DNA of 64,000 nucleotides from Chlamydia trachomatis (GTDB lineage Bacteria; Chlamydiota; Chlamydiia; Chlamydiales; Rhabdochlamydiaceae): NCBI GenBank assembly GCA_945905275.1, contig CAMDPQ010000001.1, positions 30 to 64,029 of the forward strand, read 5' to 3'. Shown piece by piece: positions 58,865 to 64,000 of this stretch (position 1 is its first letter; each line of letters starts with the position of its first letter). The notes under the pieces were generated by a model. It saw only the letters and a program-made list of their open reading frames with translations, ran no database searches and was not told where the DNA came from. The position numbers and the translations under genes were made by a program.

Positions 58865-59527
58865 TTATATAACGTTGATATGATTAAGGATGCTTTGAAC
58901 GACTTGATCAACCGTCAAATCGGATGTGTCTATGGTGATTGCATCAGCAGGACATTTTAAAGGAGCGATTTCTCTTGTCGAATCCAGTTCATCTCGTTGA
59001 TTTAACGAAACGAGGATGGCCGCTTCATTTTGTGCATGGGAGAGATTTTTAGCGACAAGCTCAGCATATCGCCGTTTAGCACGCACCTCAGCACGCGCGG
59101 TTAAAAAGATCTTCACCTCAGCCTGAGGAAAGATAACAGACCCTAAATCTCTCCCTTCAAATACCGCATCCCCTTTTTTCCCATACGCTCGCTGATGAGC
59201 TGAAAGCAGATCTCTAACCACTCGCAATGCAGCGACTGCCGATACGAGGGCCGTGACTTGAGAAGTCCGAATGACTTCTGTCACATCTTGAGAACCTACC
59301 AAGTATCTTTTTCCCTCTACAAGATCAAGAATAGAAAACTGAAATTCTCTGGTCGCTTTTTCTATTGCAGGCAGATCAGATACATCTACTGCCCTATCCA
59401 TTAAAAACCATGCAAAAGCCCTGTACATAGAACCGGTATCAAAATACGTAAAGCCGAGTCTTTCAGCTAACAGGCGGGCAATCGTTGTTTTCCCAGTTCC
59501 TGATGGCCCATCAATGGTAATAATCAT
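58865..59527 (-). CDS. cmk: Cytidylate kinase
   Basis: MIITIDGPSGTGKTTIARLLA...GRDLGSVIFP. Confidence 0.95.
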   Translation of the reverse strand: MIITIDGPSGTGKTTIARLLAERLGFTYFDTGSMYRAFAWFLMDRAVDVSDLPAIEKATREFQFSILDLVEGKRYLVGSQDVTEVIRTSQVTALVSAVAALRVVRDLLSAHQRAYGKKGDAVFEGRDLGSVIFPQAEVKIFLTARAEVRAKRRYAELVAKNLSHAQNEAAILVSLNQRDELDSTREIAPLKCPADAITIDTSDLTVDQVVQSILNHINVI

Positions 59528-59541
59528 CTGCCTCTTTTCTA

Positions 59542-60411
59542 TTAAACAATCTTGAGATAAAAATATAAAATAGGGGCAGTAAGTAGCAAGGAATCAACCA
59601 TATCTAACACTCCTCCGAGTCCTGGAAGGGTGTTACTATCTTTAACAACGGCATCCCTTTTTAACAACGATTCAGCCAGATCTCCGATCTGGGCAAGCAC
59701 CCCAATGACAACACCTAACAGTATAGAGGCTGTCAGAGGTAAATGAAAAGTATGCGGAGCAAGCTTTTCCCCTACAAAACTAAAGGCTATACTCGTGAGA
59801 AGAGCTCCTATAAAGCCTGCTATCGCACCCTCTATCGTTTTTTTAGGACTGAGCACAGGGGCGAGCTTTCTTTTACCCCATAACTTCCCTACAAAGTAAG
59901 CCGCCACGTCAGTGATTTTGGTTACTGCAATTAAATAGACGAGCCACCATCTCCCGTCTTGGGTAAACCCATGACTGGCTAAGGGATATAGTATACCAAG
60001 AATAAAGCTTAAAGGAACAGCAACATAACACACACCAAAAAACTCAACCGCAATATCCACCAAAGCGTGTTTGGCTCCTTTAAAATGGAGAATAAAAAAT
60101 ATAATAACTCCAATAACTAAGATTAGGGCTGGAAACTCCGGGATCACCACTTGTTTATGAGCGGCAAAAAAGGCAAAGACCTCAGCTATGGCTACGACAA
60201 TCATTGTTTTACTAGCAGGCTGAAACTGTTTAGCGTGGGCTAACCTAGCATATTCCCATACTCCGATCCCTGCAAGGGACGCCACAGTCAAAACCAAAAT
60301 GATTGTTACAGGAATAAAAGTATAAAAGGACAGCAATGTTCCAATACAAACTAATGTTATTAACGAGACGGAAAGTCTTTTATTTAAATCAGGTAAGTGC
60401 TTAAATCTCAT
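59542..60411 (-). CDS. cdsA: Phosphatidate cytidylyltransferase
   Basis: Multi-TM protein with the C-terminal CDS signature SLLKRDAVVKDSNTLPGLGGVLDMVDSLL. Confidence 0.93.
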   Translation of the reverse strand: MRFKHLPDLNKRLSVSLITLVCIGTLLSFYTFIPVTIILVLTVASLAGIGVWEYARLAHAKQFQPASKTMIVVAIAEVFAFFAAHKQVVIPEFPALILVIGVIIFFILHFKGAKHALVDIAVEFFGVCYVAVPLSFILGILYPLASHGFTQDGRWWLVYLIAVTKITDVAAYFVGKLWGKRKLAPVLSPKKTIEGAIAGFIGALLTSIAFSFVGEKLAPHTFHLPLTASILLGVVIGVLAQIGDLAESLLKRDAVVKDSNTLPGLGGVLDMVDSLLLTAPILYFYLKIV

Positions 60412-61184
60412 GCTCCTCCAAGTCTTCTCTCTCTTTGTTGATACTCTAATACAGCTTGGCGTAAATACTTTTCATTAAAATCTGGCCACAGGGTCTTTGT
60501 AATATAGACCTCCGTATAAGCAAATTGCCATAATAGAAAATTACTAAGTCTTTGTTCCCCGCTCGTTCTTATAAAGAGATCTGGATCTTGCCACTGCGCT
60601 GTATCTAAATATTGGGAAATTAGATCCTCTGATATATCTTCTTTTTTTAAAAGACCTTTCTCACAGTCATCCAACATTGATTTAAAAGCCCTGCAGATTT
60701 CATCTCTGCCGCCATAGTTTAAAGCAAGAACTAGATCGATCTGACTGCCATCTTTTGTAAGCTCACATGTTTTATGAATTAATTCCTGCAGATCTTGAGG
60801 AAGCTTAGAAAGATCTCCTATAAACCCGAGACGCACACCTTCTTTTAACATAAAAGATAGGTGCTTTTTTAAGTAATGAGAAATTACGTTCATCAGTTCT
60901 GAAACTTCTAATTGCGAACGATGCCAGTTTTCGGTAGAAAAAGCATACAACGTGAGAACTCTAATACCAAGATTACGCGCTGCTTTAACTACCTTTGTAA
61001 TAGCTTCGGCACCCTTCCAATGCCCAACCAGAGCCGGCATAAAACGGCGGGTGGCCCACCTTCTATTTCCATCCATTGCAATTGCAACATGGGAAGGGAC
61101 TATGCCAGAGGATAACCCTGACCTTTTCTTACAGGAAAAGGATAGCACATCATCTATTGTTTCTTTACACAACACAGAATCCAT
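60408..61184 (-). CDS. uppS: Undecaprenyl diphosphate synthase (cis-prenyltransferase)
   Basis: HVAIAMDGNRRWA, LTLYAFSTENW and RTSGEQRLSNFLLWQ. Confidence 0.96.
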   Translation of the reverse strand: MDSVLCKETIDDVLSFSCKKRSGLSSGIVPSHVAIAMDGNRRWATRRFMPALVGHWKGAEAITKVVKAARNLGIRVLTLYAFSTENWHRSQLEVSELMNVISHYLKKHLSFMLKEGVRLGFIGDLSKLPQDLQELIHKTCELTKDGSQIDLVLALNYGGRDEICRAFKSMLDDCEKGLLKKEDISEDLISQYLDTAQWQDPDLFIRTSGEQRLSNFLLWQFAYTEVYITKTLWPDFNEKYLRQAVLEYQQRERRLGGA

Positions 61185-61191
61185 ACATTCA

Positions 61192-62493
61192 TCATTCCAT
61201 TACATCTGTCACAAATATCGTTTTTTCTCTTTCTGGACCGGTAGATATCAACGAAATCGGGCATCCGCAAAGATCCTCTATTTTTTGTAGATATTTTTGC
61301 GCATTTTCCGGCAAATCAGCTAGTTGAGTGATCGAGGACGTATCGGTCTTCCAACCCTCCAGAACTTCATACACAGGCTCGGCAAACTCCCACTCTGAGG
61401 TCAGTACCGGCGGGATCTCGATTCTCCCTCCTTTATACTGATAAGCGACACAAATCTTAATGGTCGCAAGCGTATCGAGGATATCCAACTTCATAAGAGC
61501 AATCGAATTAACACCATTTAAGTGAATAGCCTGACGAATTAGTGGAGCATCAAACCAAGCTAGCCGTCTATTTCTTCCTGTAGTGGTCCCTACTTCTCTT
61601 GCACTGATATTATCCATAAAATAGCGCATATCTTCCTCTGAAAGAGCTGCAGGCAATGGACCGTTTCCCACTCTTGTGGTATAGGCTTTAACAACCCCTA
61701 AAACATGATGGATTCGAGTAGGACCAATCCCGGCTCCAGCGGCAACTCCTGAGGCTAACGTGCTACATGCTGTAACATACGGGTATGTCCCAAATGTTGT
61801 ATCTAAAAAGGTCCCATGAGCCCCTTCGAATAACACTCTTTGATTCGCATCTAAAGCCACCGCAAGCTCTGTTTCTACATCAGTATAAATAAAACCCCTG
61901 AGCCTATCGGCGAATTCAATATATTCCTCATACATCTCTGCAAGACTTAGCTCAGGCTCAGCAAATAGTAAGCGAAGCTCCTGATTTTTGATGGCTAACA
62001 CACCGGAAAGCTTTCTTTTAAAGCTATTAGGATCCAATAGTTCCCCGATCTGAAAGCCAATCCTTAACGCCTTATCTGCATAACAAGGCCCTATCCCCTT
62101 ACCTGTCGTTCCGATCGCCTCTTTTCCTTTTCGGAGTTCATATAATCTATCAAAGAGGCGATGATAGGGCATGATCAAGTGGGCCGAGGCGGAAATTTTC
62201 AGCCGGCCTTTTAGAGCGACCCCACTTTTCTCGAGGCCACTTATTTCACCAAGTAAAACAGCTGGATCAATCACTGTGCCGCCTGTAATAAAACAGCGAG
62301 CCTTGGGATTCAACGCCCCTGAAGGGACCAGGTGAAACTTATATTCTTTGTCCTGAACAACAATCGTATGTCCTGCATTGTTGCCTCCCTGGGCTCTGAC
62401 AACACAGTCAGCACGCTCAGAAAGTAAATCAATAACCTTCCCCTTTCCTTCATCGCCCCATTGGAGCCCAACAACAATAATGCTTTTTGCCAT
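61192..62493 (-). CDS. purA: Adenylosuccinate synthetase
   Basis: GLQWGDEGKGKVID, GNNAGHT, GTTGKGIGPCY and GTTTGRNRR. Confidence 0.96.
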   Translation of the reverse strand: MAKSIIVVGLQWGDEGKGKVIDLLSERADCVVRAQGGNNAGHTIVVQDKEYKFHLVPSGALNPKARCFITGGTVIDPAVLLGEISGLEKSGVALKGRLKISASAHLIMPYHRLFDRLYELRKGKEAIGTTGKGIGPCYADKALRIGFQIGELLDPNSFKRKLSGVLAIKNQELRLLFAEPELSLAEMYEEYIEFADRLRGFIYTDVETELAVALDANQRVLFEGAHGTFLDTTFGTYPYVTACSTLASGVAAGAGIGPTRIHHVLGVVKAYTTRVGNGPLPAALSEEDMRYFMDNISAREVGTTTGRNRRLAWFDAPLIRQAIHLNGVNSIALMKLDILDTLATIKICVAYQYKGGRIEIPPVLTSEWEFAEPVYEVLEGWKTDTSSITQLADLPENAQKYLQKIEDLCGCPISLISTGPEREKTIFVTDVME

Positions 62494-62686
62494 ATGTTAA
62501 ATCATCTAATTTTTAAAACTAAAAAAGTAGCATATCTGATGATGGATTTGAGTGGTAATTATTTTTAAACTAATCCATAATTCGGACTCCCAATTTATAA
62601 ATTTATTTTGACTAGACAGAATCCACATCGAGAGATATTCTTTCGAAAAAACCTCTTTAGCTTTACTACCAAGGGATATATTCAAG

Positions 62687-64000
62687 ATGGAAAAACAAAA
62701 GCGCTGGCAGCTCTTTTTGATTACAGGAGTCATTTTTCTCACCGCATTTAACATCCTCCCTACGGTCTTTTATTACGTAAAACCCTTAAAACTACCTGTC
62801 ACTGAAAAACAATCTCAGCAGATCGCGACCTCAATCGTCCATCGCATTACCGACCTAGAAAATCAATCGATTGAATGGGTAGAGTCATTTTGCAAGCTAC
62901 TAAGAATCCAACCATCCAATATAGCACTAGATCCAAAACAACCCGAATTCATTCAAATCGGATTTACGACGAAACAAGACGCGGATATTTTTAAACACTA
63001 CATTCCTCGAGCTGGATCTTTAATCCCCTTTATACCCGCACAACTTACACCCTACGAGCCCCATTTCCAAGATGATAAACAAGCTACAGTCCGTCGTAGA
63101 ATACCTGTTCACATCGATCTCACACAAACCAAAGAGTATTTTCAATACTCTAAAAAATTTGAGGAGAATGGTCAAGTAACCCCACTGTACCAAGCTTTGG
63201 TCCATGATCGAATCTTGGAGTTGACCCTTGCCTTAGGAGGATCAGGAGAAAACGCCCAAGCACTGCAATCTCTGATTAAAAGCAAAGATCCCGCTTTAAA
63301 TCTCGAACTAGCTCTACAGCTTTCGGAAAATCTTCAATCTTTTGTAAAAGCGTTTGGGTCTAATACTGATGCTGCTAGACGCTTTTTTGCAAGCTTTAGC
63401 CAAACAGAAGAAGGGAGCAAGCAAGAGCTGATTCAAAAGTTTATAGCAAAACTTGAATCCGTTAAAGACACGATATCTACAGAAAAAAAAGGGCTAAGCA
63501 CGCATGCATTACCTGAATCCCCTGAGATGCAGCAAATGCAAACCCTTACCTATAGAGAGCAGTCTCTAGAGGCTACAATTGGTTTAATCAAAACAAACCA
63601 ACTGGCTTTAGCTTCAGGGAAACCTCCCTGGACCTATGCATCGGTAGGGGCAAGCATGCAAAGCTCGCTCAAAAATACAGGGAATGTATCGGCCGTACAA
63701 ACATTTGATCTAGATGGGAAAAACCCATTTTTTGAAAAAATGGCAATTGATTGGCAAAATGGGAAGATCCTTATTACCCCCTATGTAGACGTCACGGATA
63801 GGATCGCGCAATTTCACGCGAAAAAATCGATGGGCAATGATGCTGAACAAATTATTTACAATCAGATTGCTTATGTAAATCGACAAAGCGGTGAAAACAT
63901 CACCCCTTTTGAAAAAAGCTTTACCCTTGCTCTAAGCAAACTGCCTGCTAGCAATAGCTTCTTGGCATTCCGTTTAGGTCAGATAGCGGCCGCCCAGTCT
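62687..64000 (+). CDS. secDF: Protein translocase SecD/SecF fusion protein, N-terminal part (runs off the right edge)
   Basis: The ORF is open-ended, so it is absent from the ORF track. ATG 62687 opens MEKQKRWQLFLITGVIFLTAFNILPTVFYYVKP..., one TM segment followed by a long periplasmic domain. The frame stays open for 438 codons to the window end. It is divergent from the purA-uppS-cdsA cluster, as secDF is in Chlamydia. Confidence 0.6.
   Translation, partial: MEKQKRWQLFLITGVIFLTAFNILPTVFYYVKPLKLPVTEKQSQQIATSIVHRITDLENQSIEWVESFCKLLRIQPSNIALDPKQPEFIQIGFTTKQDADIFKHYIPRAGSLIPFIPAQLTPYEPHFQDDKQATVRRRIPVHIDLTQTKEYFQYSKKFEENGQVTPLYQALVHDRILELTLALGGSGENAQALQSLIKSKDPALNLELALQLSENLQSFVKAFGSNTDAARRFFASFSQTEEGSKQELIQKFIAKLESVKDTISTEKKGLSTHALPESPEMQQMQTLTYREQSLEATIGLIKTNQLALASGKPPWTYASVGASMQSSLKNTGNVSAVQTFDLDGKNPFFEKMAIDWQNGKILITPYVDVTDRIAQFHAKKSMGNDAEQIIYNQIAYVNRQSGENITPFEKSFTLALSKLPASNSFLAFRLGQIAAAQS

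Noticed and set aside
62506-62754. 82-aa minus-strand ORF
   Set aside because: It overlaps the start of the much longer secDF reading frame and the divergent promoter region, and its sequence is not protein-like.
1-64000. CRISPR arrays, rRNA genes, prophage or defence-system gene clusters
   Set aside because: I saw no regularly spaced direct repeats, no rRNA-like sequence, and no clusters of nuclease, helicase, methylase or toxin-type genes. The accessory genes present look like individual host-interaction candidates and IS debris.

Overview
This 64-kb window is chromosomal DNA from a member of the phylum Chlamydiae, most likely an environmental Chlamydia-like organism rather than Chlamydiaceae. 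That call rests on gene content (UhpC, Mip, a fused SecDF, Cap1/Inc-like proteins). It also rests on gene orders that, from my memory of Chlamydia trachomatis, match several conserved blocks:
- lon-tsaB-rpsU-dnaJ
- gapA plus the alpha/spc/S10 ribosomal-protein operons, followed by fmt-lpxA-fabZ-lpxC-lnt
- dnaE-uhpC-hisS-aspS-mip-trmL...trxA
- plsC-cmk-cdsA-uppS...secDF

About 85% of the window is this housekeeping core. I found two tRNA-Leu genes and no rRNA or CRISPR array.

The interesting material lies at the junctions between the conserved blocks:
- **Variable region, 5.9-13.7 kb.** It ends at tRNA-Leu(UAA). It holds a secreted glutamic (G1/eqolisin-type) peptidase, a protein with a eukaryotic-type MYND zinc finger, a beta-helix ORF with no native start, and remnants of two IS elements.
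- **USP-type deubiquitinase, 56.6-57.7 kb.** This eukaryote-like cysteine protease gene is flanked by a terminator hairpin and a tRNA.
- **Transporter fusion, 53.9-56.0 kb.** A divergent DAACS-type membrane domain is fused to a periplasmic solute-binding domain, inserted between trmL and trxA.
- **Cap1-like Inc pair, 29.7-31.1 kb.** One copy is intact and one is decayed. They sit at the rplC-fmt position where C. trachomatis has the Inc protein Cap1.
- **Spacer in the spc operon, 22.7-23.5 kb.** An unexplained ~760-bp stretch with no convincing gene separates rplX and rplE.
- **CIRCE-like inverted repeat, 4589-4615.** It lies upstream of dnaJ.

I did not recognise a coherent multi-gene novel system such as a defence island. 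The strongest leads are individual host-interaction candidates and the operon spacer. All homology statements come from motif recognition by eye and need HMM or BLAST confirmation.
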